Shown: positions 49,084 through 60,757, counted from the first letter of the stretch. The stretch is DNA of 64,000 bases from Chloroflexota bacterium (GCA_965218195.1 OZ244593.1:1204873-1268872), one strand, 5' to 3'. The notes: generated by a model from the letters alone, not told the origin. Made by a program: numbers and translations.

Positions 49084-50268
49084 TTGAGATCGTGGATGCG
49101 GCCTCCGTTTCTGAGGTCCGGGCGCGAATCGATTGCCCTGATCCTCATCTTCGTTGCGCTAATTGCGTTTGTACCGCCGCTATCGAAATGCTTCAGGACC
49201 GCCGGCATAGCGCTTGAGACGGTTCCGGGCGGGCCGCGTCCGCTCTCGCTTACGACAACCACGCCGCATCGTTCCGTAATTGAAATGGACTGGCGAGAGG
49301 GCGGACTCCAGGCGGACTTGTACGATCCGGGCGGGCTGGGTCTCAAGCCCGGATTGATTCTGGTCAACGGAGTGGTGCGTGAGGGGCGGCGCTACGGCGA
49401 GCTCGAGAATCTGGCCTGGACACTGAGCCGCGCCGGCTTTGTGGTGATGGTTCCGGACTTGCTGAACTATCGTGAGTTCCGGCTTGTTCCGGACGACGTT
49501 GACGTTCTCGCGGAGGCGTTCGAATTCCTGGCGGAATACAAAGCCGTCGATCCGCGCAGAGCGGGGTTCCTGGGGTTCAGCGTTGGGGGGTCGCTGGCGT
49601 TTGCCGCCGCCGCTGACGACCGCATTGCCGGCGAAGTGACGTTCGTGGGAATGATCGGGCCTTACTCGGATCTGGCCCGAGTGATAATGGCGACGACGAC
49701 GGAATCCTATTTCCGCGACGGGCGGCTCATCAGTTTTAGACCCGAGCCGTTCGTGTGGGCGGTAACGCGCAACACGCTTGTTGCAACGCTCGACCGGCCG
49801 CAGGACCGCGCAGTGCTCGGCGCGTTGTTTGCCGGACCGGGCGTCGCGCCTAGCGAGGAGGTCCAGGAGACGTTCGACCGCGGCGATCTTTCACCGGACG
49901 GTCAGCGGGTGTACGACCTTTTTGTCAATCGAGACCCTGACCGCGTCGCCGGCCTCATCGCTTCACTGCCCGAAGGCGTCGGGAGCGCCCTCCGGAGGCT
50001 GTCGCCCGTGAACGCCGCCGAGGACATACGCGCCCACGTGCTGATACTGCACGAAAACGGCGATCCCTATTTCCCAAGCTGGGAGTCGGAAGAGTTGATG
50101 CGGTGGCTGCCGCGCGATAACGCCGAGCTAACGCTGACCAGCGTCGTACAGCACGCGGAGTTGCGACTTCCGCCGCCGACGCCGGGAAACATCTTTGGCT
50201 TTTATCTGCGCGAGGGCTGGAAACTGGGGTCGTACATATTCTCGATTCTTTCGACGGCAGAGGCGTAG
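49084..50268 (+). CDS. Alpha/beta-hydrolase-fold protein (dienelactone-hydrolase-like) with an N-terminal TM anchor.
   Basis: GFLGFSVGGSLAF nucleophile-elbow-like motif, 394 aa, hydrophobic N-terminus. Confidence 0.5.
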   Translation: MRSWMRPPFLRSGRESIALILIFVALIAFVPPLSKCFRTAGIALETVPGGPRPLSLTTTTPHRSVIEMDWREGGLQADLYDPGGLGLKPGLILVNGVVREGRRYGELENLAWTLSRAGFVVMVPDLLNYREFRLVPDDVDVLAEAFEFLAEYKAVDPRRAGFLGFSVGGSLAFAAAADDRIAGEVTFVGMIGPYSDLARVIMATTTESYFRDGRLISFRPEPFVWAVTRNTLVATLDRPQDRAVLGALFAGPGVAPSEEVQETFDRGDLSPDGQRVYDLFVNRDPDRVAGLIASLPEGVGSALRRLSPVNAAEDIRAHVLILHENGDPYFPSWESEELMRWLPRDNAELTLTSVVQHAELRLPPPTPGNIFGFYLREGWKLGSYIFSILSTAEA

Positions 50269-50343
50269 CCGCGTAAACTGCCTCTAACGGCCGCGGGCGG
50301 TCAATCGCAATCCCGCGAAGGGCAGAGTCGGGTAACTCCGAGA

Positions 50344-51324
<981 letters not shown>

Positions 51325-51479
51325 TCAGGTAAACCTCCTGCTCTCGATGCCGGAGCCAGTTTAGGTGTGGACAACGGACTCGGCAAAACATCGCCTAAAT
51401 GGGCGTCGAGTGCCGTCAGACCGTCTGATACTGATAATGCCGGGGCGGCGCATTCGTGACTAATCAATCGCGGCGCCGA

Positions 51480-54266
51480 TCACCTTGTGGGTAAATCAAA
51501 GATATACGGCTCGGAAGGCGTCCATAGAATCTCTATTTGCCCGTCCGAGTACTCGTATTCGAAGAGTGTGAACCGAGCAATCACCTCAGCGCCTATCCCA
51601 AACACGAGATCAAACCGCCTCGGCCCCTGAAAATCAAACTGGCGAGCGGAGTTGGACTTGACGACCCCGGTGTCCACGGTCTCGGTCAGCTTTCTTTCAG
51701 CAACGGAGTACTCCAGCTCCATCAGGCGAGCCGCGGAAGGCAGACCGACTTCGCTTACCCAAAATCCGTGGGTATTGGACTCCTGGTAAGTGACTCCAAC
51801 CTTGAGATCTTGAAGGCGGGGATTGGCGAAACTGACTACGGCTCTGATTTTTTGGCCGTCAGCCTCGGCTCTGACGCTTATCACCGAGCGCGCGTCGGCG
51901 GTCGCCGACGCGGTCATGTCGAAGTTCGCGTCTAAAGCGCGCGCGAGAAGCACTTGTACGGGCTCGGGCCCCTGGGGCCTAACGCCGACCACGTAAGGCA
52001 CGGCGTGAGGATCGGACACGATCCAGTGCAGACCCGGCGCTATGAGGTAGTCCGTCGATTGACCGCCGATCTCAACACTAACGCCGGCACTGACCGAAGC
52101 TGGATTCAAGACGCCCAGAAATACCCGGCGGCTGGCTCCAGAGGCTCGGCTCACCGCATCGGGTTCAGACGAAATCCCGTCCGCGGCCACGGTCGCGGCG
52201 AATGGGTGCGCCCTGGTGAAGAAACTCGAACCGCCGAATGACTCCGCCACGCGAGCACCGGTCATGATATCGGCGGGGCTGTGCCGGTAGAGCGCCAGCG
52301 CGCCCTCCGGCATGAGGTTCTCGCTTTGGAGGAAGCCGTGGATGCGAGCATCCTGGTGGCTGCCGAGGATGAAGAAATCGGGATCGTCCGGCATCTCTCG
52401 TACGTTCTGCTCGAATCCGGGCGTGTGTCCGGCGGTGAAGAAATTCCGACCGTACATCTCAGCCCCGAGAATGGCCGCGGTGCGGGCGTTCCAGAGGCGT
52501 TGCGCGTGGGACTCGAAGTGAAATGCCAGCGTGATGGGCCTGAACCTGGTGCTACCGGGAACCAGCGGGTACTGGAAATGGGGCGATAGCCTTACGGTTG
52601 CGCCGTCGGGGACAAAGCGAGCGATTCGGCGCGCCTCGTACACGATTTCGCCGGGCATGTTCCACGTAAACCCCGTCCAATACCACCGGACGGTCTGAAT
52701 AGTGTTAACGGCGGTGAGAGCGCCTACCAAGAGTAAGACCACGGCAGCGGGCACTCGCAAGCTCACCATCGCGCCGTAGCGGGCCACGGCGCGCGGCCAG
52801 CCGGCGAAGGCGGGGCGGTTGACGCTGATCCAGGCGACGGCAAGACCCGCCGCGAGCAGAGTATGGCCGAGAAACGCAACATACGACAGCGTCTTGAAAT
52901 AGCCGTACTGGTATCCGGCGCCGTAACGTACCCAAAGCCCAAAAGCTGCAAAGGCCGCGGCCAGAATCAAAGCCGGTAGCCTCTCGCCGCGCATTCTCGC
53001 AAGCCCGATGACCGCCAGCGCCACAAAACCAATCCATGCCGCCAACTCGAGGCTTTGAAAAATGCTCCAGACTTCGGACCCGAGTAGACGTTCCATGCCC
53101 TCGGGATCGTTGACCATGTGATAGGCGCGGATGCCGGTCGAGGTGCGAGGCGCCGGAAACGTGAGGTCGCCCCACGCGTTCCCGAACAAGCGGTTGAGGT
53201 CGCTGGTCAGGGTGGTGATTCGCGGCAAAGCCCACTTGAGGAACTGAAGCAGCCCCGGGAACCCGGCGACGATTCCGGCGAGTCCGATAATCAGCACGGT
53301 TCGGATCCGACCAGCGCGCGGACCCTTCGCGAGCGCAAGTATCAAAGCCAGCGGGACGGCCGTGGCGGCAAACATCCCGCTTATGCCCCAAAAGTACGAA
53401 CACAACAAACCAGCCGAAACCCAGCCGGCGAATATCGCCGGTCTGACGCCGCCGCGGCGGATAGCCGCGATCACTCCGCCGAATGCCAGAGGCATAAAAG
53501 CGAAGGCAACCGTGTGGGGCCCGAATCCCATGGAACTGAACCAGAGCGGCAGGCCGTTCAACCCGTAGAGACCAGCCGCCAGGAGTGACGTTCTTGGACC
53601 TAGCTCCAGCCCCACTCTCGCAAACAGGAAGACGGAAATGACGGAAAGGCCGAGCAGCAGATAGATCGTGGGCATGTAGGCGAGGAAAGTCGGCGTGCGC
53701 GAGACGATGCTCGCAAGCGACAGCGTGTAGACGAATCCCTGCCCTCTGGATTTGAACCGGTCGGAGACTTCCACCTCGAGAAACGGACCATCGGCCGCAC
53801 CACTCATGGTGGCAGGGGAGTGTTTTAGATGCTCGGCGTAGGGGTAGTAGAGGTCTTCATCGACATTGAGCGCCAGGAGCCCCAGCGAGCCATCTCTGGC
53901 ATGTGGCAGAACCGCGATGCAGAAGAGCAGCAGACCGACAAGAGCGGATAAAGCGATCCATCGGTCGCCGAAGTCCCAACGGGCAGTCTTCAGTCGCGCC
54001 AGCGTGACCGCGGCGCCTATAACGCCGGCACCCAAAAGGAGCCAGAATATCTGGGTCATGGTGAGGAAGCGGGCGTTGAGGTAGTAGGAAATCGTTATCG
54101 CCAGGAGCCAACCGATAAATGGGGCCAGAACGAACCGGTATCTCGACCAGGGGCCGCTGGACAGCAGAATTCGAGCCGGCAGGATACCGACGAATCCAAG
54201 GAATAGAAGCAAGAGCGCCGCAACGAGCGCCGCTTGACCGAGTATCGTCCACGAAAGTTCTTGCAC
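51480..54266 (-). CDS. Large polytopic membrane protein (928 aa) with a ~400-aa extracytoplasmic C-terminal domain. Candidate GT-C-type glycosyltransferase or polymerase of the second glycan cluster.
   Basis: At least 12 predicted TM helices in the N-terminal ~520 aa, then a soluble domain. Located between gmd and a flippase. No diagnostic motif recognised. Confidence 0.45.
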   Translation of the reverse strand: MQELSWTILGQAALVAALLLLFLGFVGILPARILLSSGPWSRYRFVLAPFIGWLLAITISYYLNARFLTMTQIFWLLLGAGVIGAAVTLARLKTARWDFGDRWIALSALVGLLLFCIAVLPHARDGSLGLLALNVDEDLYYPYAEHLKHSPATMSGAADGPFLEVEVSDRFKSRGQGFVYTLSLASIVSRTPTFLAYMPTIYLLLGLSVISVFLFARVGLELGPRTSLLAAGLYGLNGLPLWFSSMGFGPHTVAFAFMPLAFGGVIAAIRRGGVRPAIFAGWVSAGLLCSYFWGISGMFAATAVPLALILALAKGPRAGRIRTVLIIGLAGIVAGFPGLLQFLKWALPRITTLTSDLNRLFGNAWGDLTFPAPRTSTGIRAYHMVNDPEGMERLLGSEVWSIFQSLELAAWIGFVALAVIGLARMRGERLPALILAAAFAAFGLWVRYGAGYQYGYFKTLSYVAFLGHTLLAAGLAVAWISVNRPAFAGWPRAVARYGAMVSLRVPAAVVLLLVGALTAVNTIQTVRWYWTGFTWNMPGEIVYEARRIARFVPDGATVRLSPHFQYPLVPGSTRFRPITLAFHFESHAQRLWNARTAAILGAEMYGRNFFTAGHTPGFEQNVREMPDDPDFFILGSHQDARIHGFLQSENLMPEGALALYRHSPADIMTGARVAESFGGSSFFTRAHPFAATVAADGISSEPDAVSRASGASRRVFLGVLNPASVSAGVSVEIGGQSTDYLIAPGLHWIVSDPHAVPYVVGVRPQGPEPVQVLLARALDANFDMTASATADARSVISVRAEADGQKIRAVVSFANPRLQDLKVGVTYQESNTHGFWVSEVGLPSAARLMELEYSVAERKLTETVDTGVVKSNSARQFDFQGPRRFDLVFGIGAEVIARFTLFEYEYSDGQIEILWTPSEPYIFDLPTR

Positions 54267-54342
54267 GACTAGGATTCTGACATTTCGATGGCGTTAGCGG
54301 CGTACCGTTTGCGTCAGGTCCCCGTTTTGGGATGTAGGCGGT

Positions 54343-55668
54343 TCAGATCGGATCACGAGTCGAGAGGTCGTCCATCGTGGCGGAGACGGTCTCGTCAAGC
54401 GAGCTGTGTTCCGGTTGAGCCGGTAGCTGCGTCCGGATTCGCCATCGAATCAGCGCCGCCGCCGTGACGGCGAGCAGCGCGCACATAGCCCCGCCGCTTG
54501 CAATAAGGATCATCGCAAAGTCGTAGGTTGATTCGGCTACGAATACGTAGAGCGCAACTTGCGCGACGGCAATGGGCAGCAACCCGTAGGCGATCCAGTT
54601 CCACCCGGCCGCGATTATCAGGTACGTGAGGAACAGGGCCGTTGTAAGCAACGCCGTACCGATCAGGTATCTCTGCAGGAGGCCGGGGTCGGGCGCATAG
54701 TTGGGGCCAACCAGGGCGTTGTGAACGAAACCGGGAATCGCGAATCCGGCGACAACGGGAATCACGGTAATCGCGGCGAGGACAGTGGCGGTTTTCGTGA
54801 CGAAACCGGGCTGGAGGACCCCACCCGCGAAAACGTGCCGGAAGCGCGGCAGCAGAAGCAGTCCCAGGACGAACCCGGCATAGAAGATGACCCGACCCGC
54901 GAGCGCGGCGGCCGAAAACGACTCCATGGGAGTGTCTGGCAGCCGGCTGTTGGCGATCACTACGTCAACGGCCTGAACGCCGAAGATCGACAGCGTCGCG
55001 GGCACCGACCTGAGCTGTTCTCGCAGCGTCGCCCAGAGGCTCTCATTGACCTCGCCTCGCAGCCCGGAGTTCGGCAACAGCAGCCAGATGGCGAGGACCG
55101 TGGCCGCCACGTAGCCAAAGGCGAATCCCGCGGTTGCACCCGCCACGCCGAATCCGAAAACCACCAGCGCCACCGCGAGGACCACCCGCAATCCGGCTTC
55201 GGCGAGCATCACCCATCCAAGCACGCTGAACCTTTGAGTGCCCTGGAGTGCTCCGCGAAACGCCGAAAGCACCAGCGAGAGACAAAACGTCACGGCCAGC
55301 CAGGCGAGCACCCAGTTTCCCTCGAAGCCGAAGATCTGCCGAATGCCGGAAGAGAAGATTCCGAACAGCGCCACAAGACTGAGTCCGGCCAATCCGCCGA
55401 ACGTGGCCGCTCGTAGTGCGAACGGCCACGACAGCAGATGGTTTCCGCGTTGAACTATGTGCCCCGTGCCCACGGCGACGGCGGCCTGAAACGCGTTGCC
55501 GGGGAACAAGAGAATGGCGATAAACGAAACGATCGCCAGGACGACGGCGTACTCCCTGGGCTCCAGCAGCCGGGCCATCGCTAGCTGGTAGACGTACGAA
55601 AGCCCGTTAGCGGACATGGCCAGCGCCAGGAAGACGACGGATTGTCGCAACATCGACTGGCGCAACAT
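54343..55668 (-). CDS. Wzx-like oligosaccharide flippase (MOP superfamily polysaccharide biosynthesis protein).
   Basis: 441 aa, ~12 TM helices. The N-terminal SVVFLALAMSANGLSYVYQLAMARLL is typical of Wzx/PST-family proteins. Confidence 0.65.
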   Translation of the reverse strand: MLRQSMLRQSVVFLALAMSANGLSYVYQLAMARLLEPREYAVVLAIVSFIAILLFPGNAFQAAVAVGTGHIVQRGNHLLSWPFALRAATFGGLAGLSLVALFGIFSSGIRQIFGFEGNWVLAWLAVTFCLSLVLSAFRGALQGTQRFSVLGWVMLAEAGLRVVLAVALVVFGFGVAGATAGFAFGYVAATVLAIWLLLPNSGLRGEVNESLWATLREQLRSVPATLSIFGVQAVDVVIANSRLPDTPMESFSAAALAGRVIFYAGFVLGLLLLPRFRHVFAGGVLQPGFVTKTATVLAAITVIPVVAGFAIPGFVHNALVGPNYAPDPGLLQRYLIGTALLTTALFLTYLIIAAGWNWIAYGLLPIAVAQVALYVFVAESTYDFAMILIASGGAMCALLAVTAAALIRWRIRTQLPAQPEHSSLDETVSATMDDLSTRDPI

Positions 55669-55773
55669 TAACGGGAACGCCCGATCATTCGGCCGGGACG
55701 CCAGGCGCGGGGAGACCGCGGAATATCCGGGGCATGGGTGGGCGGTGAGCGGAACCTGCTATGAATTCCGCTT

Positions 55774-56460
55774 CTATCGAATCAAATCGCGGAGCCACTG
55801 ATAGACGTAGCGATGCCAGGTCCTACGGATACTGATCTTAGACCGACCCGCGCCGCGCTCGAACTCGTGGCTCGGTATCTCGGCGACTCTGTAACCTTTT
55901 TTGAGGACCTTCATTACCATTTCCTGCTCAATCGTCGTCAGATTTTCTTTGAGGTCCAACTCGGCGGCAACGCGCTTGCTGATGGATCTGAACCCGTTCT
56001 GCGCGTCCGTGAGGCGCACGCCGAATCGATAGTTGATTCCAAGCTGGATGATCTGCTGACCGAACCAGCGAATGAAACGATCGAGATCGCCGGTCATTTC
56101 GTCGCTGCCGCCCCTTGGGCGCGAACCGACGACGAGGTCGGCCTCGTCGTCTCTTATGGGAGACACAAGGCTGGGAATGTCGGTTGGTTCATGCGAAAGG
56201 TCCGCGTCGACGAAAACCAGAATATCGCCCCTAGCCTCGTGGATCGCTAGGCGCACGGCGTCGCCCTTGCCCCGGCCGTGGTCTTCGATGAGCCTGGCGC
56301 CCATTTCGATTGCGATGCTCGGGGTCGCGTCCTCGGAGCGGCCGTCGACCACGAGCACCTCGTCGGCGTACTCTCGCACCGATTCGATTACCTGGCCCAA
56401 GGTCTGCGCTTCGTTCTTGGCCGGTATGATGACCGATACGCTGGCATCGCGCAGTGGCAT
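55774..56460 (-). CDS. GT2 glycosyltransferase, polyprenol-phosphate sugar synthase (DPM1/GtrB-like).
   Basis: VSVIIPAKNEAQTLGQVIESV...VVDGRSEDAT...VFVDADLSHEP (DxD). 228 aa, the soluble DPM1-like size. Confidence 0.8.
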   Translation of the reverse strand: MPLRDASVSVIIPAKNEAQTLGQVIESVREYADEVLVVDGRSEDATPSIAIEMGARLIEDHGRGKGDAVRLAIHEARGDILVFVDADLSHEPTDIPSLVSPIRDDEADLVVGSRPRGGSDEMTGDLDRFIRWFGQQIIQLGINYRFGVRLTDAQNGFRSISKRVAAELDLKENLTTIEQEMVMKVLKKGYRVAEIPSHEFERGAGRSKISIRRTWHRYVYQWLRDLIR

Positions 56461-56625
56461 TGGCTTTGGGTCGCTTCCCGAGAGAGATGTTGCGGTCGAT
56501 TATATGTGCCAATTCCAGGGAGCGGCGTCTGGCGGCAAATCGCGGTCGAAGCGAAGCTCGCCCGCGCCGAAGCCAGGGGATAATTCGGGATGATGGAAGA
56601 ATGACTTCCACGGAGCGCTTGTCTT

Positions 56626-57483
56626 ATGTTGCAGACTAATCGAGACCGTCTTGTAGCCATCTCGGTAATCGGCCAGGTTGCATCGCCCCGGGCGCCGTTG
56701 GACCCGCTGCGAGTTGGACACGACGGCGTGGCCCGCAACCTGCCCGGATCGGGCGGTATTACCTATAACGTCAAGATCGGCGATTCGGCAATGGGCTGGG
56801 CGGGCGATCACGTCGAACCCGGGGTTACGGTCAGGAACCAGGACTCGATGGAAAACGGCGCCCTTCAGTCGCTCTCCTGCGTGGGCAACCAGGCGACCGT
56901 GGTCGGCGGGGACGCGAAGGGAGCTAAGGGATACGTTACCGGAACTCACGGCGGCATCGAGGACCTGATCTGCTATTTCGACAGCGACGCGCTCGAATCG
57001 CTCGTAATCGGCGACAAGATCCAGGTGCGCGCGTGGGGACAGGGAATCGAGTTCGTCGATCACCCGGGAGTCAAGATCAAGAACCTCGACCCGGACCTGC
57101 TCGAAAAGCTTGGGCTTCGCGCCCGCGGCGACGACGTGGAAGTACCAGTCGCGGCAATCATTCCCCCTCAGTTGATGGGTTCCGGGCTTGGAGCTACTTC
57201 CGAACGCGGCGATTACGACATAGTTACCAACGATCTATCGGTCCACGAAAAATACGGGCTTGGAGACCTCCGATTGGGCGACGTCGTCGCCATCACCGAT
57301 CACGACAATACGGTCGGCCGGGCTTATCGCGAGGGCGCTGTGACGGTGGGCGTGATAGTCCATGCCGACAGCTACGCCTCCGGGCATGGACCGGGGGTCA
57401 CGACGCTTTTGACCTCCCGCACCGGAAAACTCAAGCCCGTAATTGACAAGACGGCCAACATCGCCCGCTATCTCGGCGTGTGA
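56626..57483 (+). CDS. Conserved hypothetical protein (285 aa) immediately upstream of selB.
   Basis: Clean ORF with typical codon usage and Gly-rich beta-type sequence. No recognisable catalytic motif. Co-oriented with selB, with a 100-nt gap. Confidence 0.5.
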   Translation: MLQTNRDRLVAISVIGQVASPRAPLDPLRVGHDGVARNLPGSGGITYNVKIGDSAMGWAGDHVEPGVTVRNQDSMENGALQSLSCVGNQATVVGGDAKGAKGYVTGTHGGIEDLICYFDSDALESLVIGDKIQVRAWGQGIEFVDHPGVKIKNLDPDLLEKLGLRARGDDVEVPVAAIIPPQLMGSGLGATSERGDYDIVTNDLSVHEKYGLGDLRLGDVVAITDHDNTVGRAYREGAVTVGVIVHADSYASGHGPGVTTLLTSRTGKLKPVIDKTANIARYLGV

Positions 57484-57582
57484 CGGGCGTTAGGATCAAA
57501 CCCGAGCGCCGGCTCGATGCCTGTCATGGAGGGGTAGCTAGCGTTAGCTGATTGGATCTGACTGGTACGGTCGCATTTTCCA

Positions 57583-59448
57583 ATGTTCACCATCGGCACC
57601 GCCGGGCATATCGATCACGGTAAGTCCGCGCTTGTAAACGCACTCACGGGCATCGATCCGGACCGCCTGCCCGAAGAGAAGTCCCGCGGAATGACCATCG
57701 ATTTGGGGTTTGCGTGGCTAACGCTGCCGAGCGGACGCGACATAAGCATTGTCGACGTGCCCGGCCACGAACGGTTCATCCGCAACATGGTCGCCGGGGC
57801 GGGCGGCATCGACGCCGCGCTTCTGGTCATCGCCGGCGATGAAGGCGTGATGCCGCAAACGCGAGAGCACCTGGCGATTCTGGACATGCTCGACATCGAC
57901 GCCGGACTCATTGTCATTACCAAATGCGATCTGGTCGAGCCGGACTGGCTGGAGCTTGTCGCGGCGGAAGCTCTCGAAGTGGTGGAAGGGTCGTCACTCG
58001 ATGGCTCGTCGATAGTGACGGTCTCCTCAACTCGAAGGACTGGTCTTGACGAGCTGCTCGCGGAGCTCGACGGCTTGCTCGACGGTCTTGAACAGTCCCC
58101 CGCCGGCGGGCGGCCGCGCCTGCCTGTAGACCGGGCGTTCTCCGTCACCGGCTATGGCACGGTAGTGACCGGAACGCTGATCGACGGTCCATTGAAACAA
58201 GGTCAGGGACTGGAGGTGCTGCCCTCCGGCATTCGGACGCGGGTCCGCGGCATTCAGAGCCACAAGACGGCGGTCGAGGAACTGGAGTCGGGTTCCCGAG
58301 CCGCGGTGAATCTGTCGGGCGTGGAGGTTGCCGACGTAGCCAGAGGCAGCGTCCTAGCCGTGCCGGGCGATCTTAAGCCATCGCGGCTTCTGGATGCCCG
58401 GCTCTCACTCTTGCGGTCGGCCATGAAACCCCTGAAGAACGGCACGGAAATCGCCATGCATATAGGAACGGCTGAGGTTCGGGCTGCGGTGAGGCTTCTC
58501 GACGCTGACGCGCTTGAACCGGGCGCGACGGCGTGGGTCCAGATGCGAGTCCGCCAGCCGATATCCGCCAAGCAAGGCGACCGCTTCGTCGCGCGGCAGC
58601 TCTCGCCCGCGGTCACCATAGGCGGCGGAGAGATCGTGGCCCCCAAGGCCTCAAGGCTGCGGCGGCATGACACGGGCGTGCTGGAACGGCTGGAACGGCT
58701 GGCGACCGGCGACATGGCCGATTCGATAGTGCTGGCGCTGGAACGATCGGGTCCGATGCGACGGCGGGAACTGGCCGACGCGGCGGGCGGACCCGGGGCC
58801 GAATTCGACCAGGCGCTGACCAAGGCCCGCGAAGCCGAACAGGTCGTCCATGTCGGCAACACCTATTTCGAGTCTGACGGATTGCGGAGGCTCGTCAATG
58901 CCGCCAAGTCGCTGCTGGCCGAGTTCCACGAGGCGAATCCGCTGCGCGCGGGGCTGCAACGGGAAGAGCTCAGGAACCGGCTGCGGCTAGGCTCGGGACA
59001 CTTCAACGATCTCGTATCGCATCTGGAGCTGGAGGAAATCGTGCAAGCTGACGGCGCGGTCGTTCGCTTGGCAAGCCATCGGGTCGAGTTGACCGAAGAA
59101 CAGGAGCGCGCCGTATTGGCGCTGCTCGAAGCCCTGAAAACGGCGGGATTCAACGCGCCTCCGTTGAACGAGCTGGCTAAACGATTTGGGGTGACGGAGG
59201 AGATGCTGGAAAGTCTCGGAGCCGGGGGGCGTCTCGTGCGGGTGGCGTCGAACCTCGCCTATGAAGCGGAGTCGTTTGATGGAATCAAGGACTCGGTCCT
59301 GAAGCTGATCGACGACCGCGGGAAGATCGACGTGGCCGGTTTGCGGGACCATTTTGCGAGCAGCAGGAAGTACTGCCTGCCGATTTTGGAATACCTCGAC
59401 TCGGCGGGAATAACCCGGCGCGTGGGCGACTTTCGAGTCAGGCGGTAA
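57583..59448 (+). CDS. selB: Selenocysteine-specific translation elongation factor SelB.
   Basis: N-terminal EF-Tu-like GTPase: G1 GTAGHIDHGKSAL, G3 DVPGHERF, G4 TKCD. Long C-terminal winged-helix extension. 621 aa. Confidence 0.85.
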   Translation: MFTIGTAGHIDHGKSALVNALTGIDPDRLPEEKSRGMTIDLGFAWLTLPSGRDISIVDVPGHERFIRNMVAGAGGIDAALLVIAGDEGVMPQTREHLAILDMLDIDAGLIVITKCDLVEPDWLELVAAEALEVVEGSSLDGSSIVTVSSTRRTGLDELLAELDGLLDGLEQSPAGGRPRLPVDRAFSVTGYGTVVTGTLIDGPLKQGQGLEVLPSGIRTRVRGIQSHKTAVEELESGSRAAVNLSGVEVADVARGSVLAVPGDLKPSRLLDARLSLLRSAMKPLKNGTEIAMHIGTAEVRAAVRLLDADALEPGATAWVQMRVRQPISAKQGDRFVARQLSPAVTIGGGEIVAPKASRLRRHDTGVLERLERLATGDMADSIVLALERSGPMRRRELADAAGGPGAEFDQALTKAREAEQVVHVGNTYFESDGLRRLVNAAKSLLAEFHEANPLRAGLQREELRNRLRLGSGHFNDLVSHLELEEIVQADGAVVRLASHRVELTEEQERAVLALLEALKTAGFNAPPLNELAKRFGVTEEMLESLGAGGRLVRVASNLAYEAESFDGIKDSVLKLIDDRGKIDVAGLRDHFASSRKYCLPILEYLDSAGITRRVGDFRVRR

Positions 59449-59543
59449 AGCTCGATGTTGGATTGCAGGGAATTGAGGCGGCGCTGCGTGGGATCGGTGG
59501 TGGACGTCCGTCGCGATCCGACGGCGGGCGGGACTAGAGCCAA

Positions 59544-60575
59544 ATGAGAATCAAGCAGGTAGTAATTCACGACAAAGGCAAGGTGTCGCTGGACGACGCC
59601 GAAATTCCCGACGAAGTACCCCAAGATGAAATCCTGGTGGAAACCGAGGCCACGTTTATCAGCGCGGGGACCGAGCTTTCCGGGTACCAGGGACTAAACC
59701 CCGGTCTGCCGAAACCCGGGCCTCCTGACTACCCGCTTACCCCTGGATACCTGAACGTGGGGCGGGTGCTGGTCACTGGCGACAACGTAGACGAGTTTCG
59801 CGCGGGGGACCGGGTTTTCAGCTTTGCGCGCCACGCTTCACACCACTACGCCGCTGCGAACACGGGGGCTGGGGTTGTCGTCGCCGTTCCCGAAGGGATC
59901 GACTCCCAGGCAGCGGCGGCGTCATGGCTGGCTGGGATAGCGCTGACGTCCGTGCAAGCGAGCGACGTGTCCTTGAACGATTGGGTCGCCGTGTTTGGGC
60001 TTGGTCTGGTCGGCAATCTCGCCGCGCAGCTCTTCAAGCTCTCCGGAGCGCGCGTAATCGGCATCGATCCGGTCCCGTTCCGGCGGAGGCTGGCGCGCGA
60101 GGTCGGAATCGAGCACGCCGCCGGAGGTTCGAGCGAGGAAGTTGGTGGTTATATCCGGGAGCTTTGCGGGCCTGACGGAGCCGGCATTACGGTCGAGGCG
60201 GTCGGGCACTCACGCGTGGCGGAGCAAGCCGCCGAGTTGACCGCGCCTTACGGCGAGTTGATCTTGCTGGGAACCCAGCGCGCGGACTATCAGTCGGACC
60301 TCACGCATCTGATGCGTCAGATCCACTGGAAGTGGCTGGACGTCAAGGGCGCTCAGGTCTGGCGCATACCGTTACATCCAGTCCGGGGAGTCAAGCATTC
60401 CAGCTACGAAAACGCGCTGCTGGTATTCGATTTGATCAGGTCGGGGAGGCTTGAGATCGAGAAACTGATATCCCACCGGATGCGCCCCGACGAGATAGCG
60501 CACGCGTATGAGCTTCTCCTGAATAGCAAGGACGAGTGTTCGGGAGTCGCCATCGACTGGACGCGCCAGCAGTAG
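59544..60575 (+). CDS. Zinc-type/MDR-family alcohol dehydrogenase-like oxidoreductase.
   Basis: GroES-like N-domain. Rossmann motif VFGLGLVGNLAAQLFKLSGARVIGID. 343 aa. Confidence 0.7.
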   Translation: MRIKQVVIHDKGKVSLDDAEIPDEVPQDEILVETEATFISAGTELSGYQGLNPGLPKPGPPDYPLTPGYLNVGRVLVTGDNVDEFRAGDRVFSFARHASHHYAAANTGAGVVVAVPEGIDSQAAAASWLAGIALTSVQASDVSLNDWVAVFGLGLVGNLAAQLFKLSGARVIGIDPVPFRRRLAREVGIEHAAGGSSEEVGGYIRELCGPDGAGITVEAVGHSRVAEQAAELTAPYGELILLGTQRADYQSDLTHLMRQIHWKWLDVKGAQVWRIPLHPVRGVKHSSYENALLVFDLIRSGRLEIEKLISHRMRPDEIAHAYELLLNSKDECSGVAIDWTRQQ

Positions 60576-60757
60576 TTCGCGGAGACCTTACGGCATCAAG
60601 CGAAATCGCCTTTGAAGTGGATGAAGCTGTCGAAGACGGCTATCACGCGTCGGCATTGGGATACGACACCATTACACAGGCGGACTCGTGGGATGAGTTG
60701 GAAGTCGAAGCCCGGGAAGCCTTACTGTGCTACTTCGATGACGACTGCGCGCCTTAA
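60536..60757 (+). CDS. Small HicB/UPF0150-like protein (possible orphan antitoxin-like ORF). It overlaps the 3' end of the MDR gene.
   Basis: EIAFEVDEAVEDGYHASALGYDTITQADSWDELEVEAREALLCYF resembles the HicB/UPF0150 fold consensus (ie.dedG.yva.vP.lPg....G.t.eEA..n..EAi). No hicA partner seen. Confidence 0.3.
   Translation: MFGSRHRLDAPAVVRGDLTASSEIAFEVDEAVEDGYHASALGYDTITQADSWDELEVEAREALLCYFDDDCAP

Noticed and set aside
56590-56628. In-frame ATG ATG GAA GAA TGA immediately upstream of the 285-aa gene next to selB. Possible selenocysteine codon.
   Set aside because: The TGA would be codon 5, the SD spacing is poor, and no SECIS-like stem-loop with a GGUC-type apical loop follows. The ATG at 56626 is the more plausible start.
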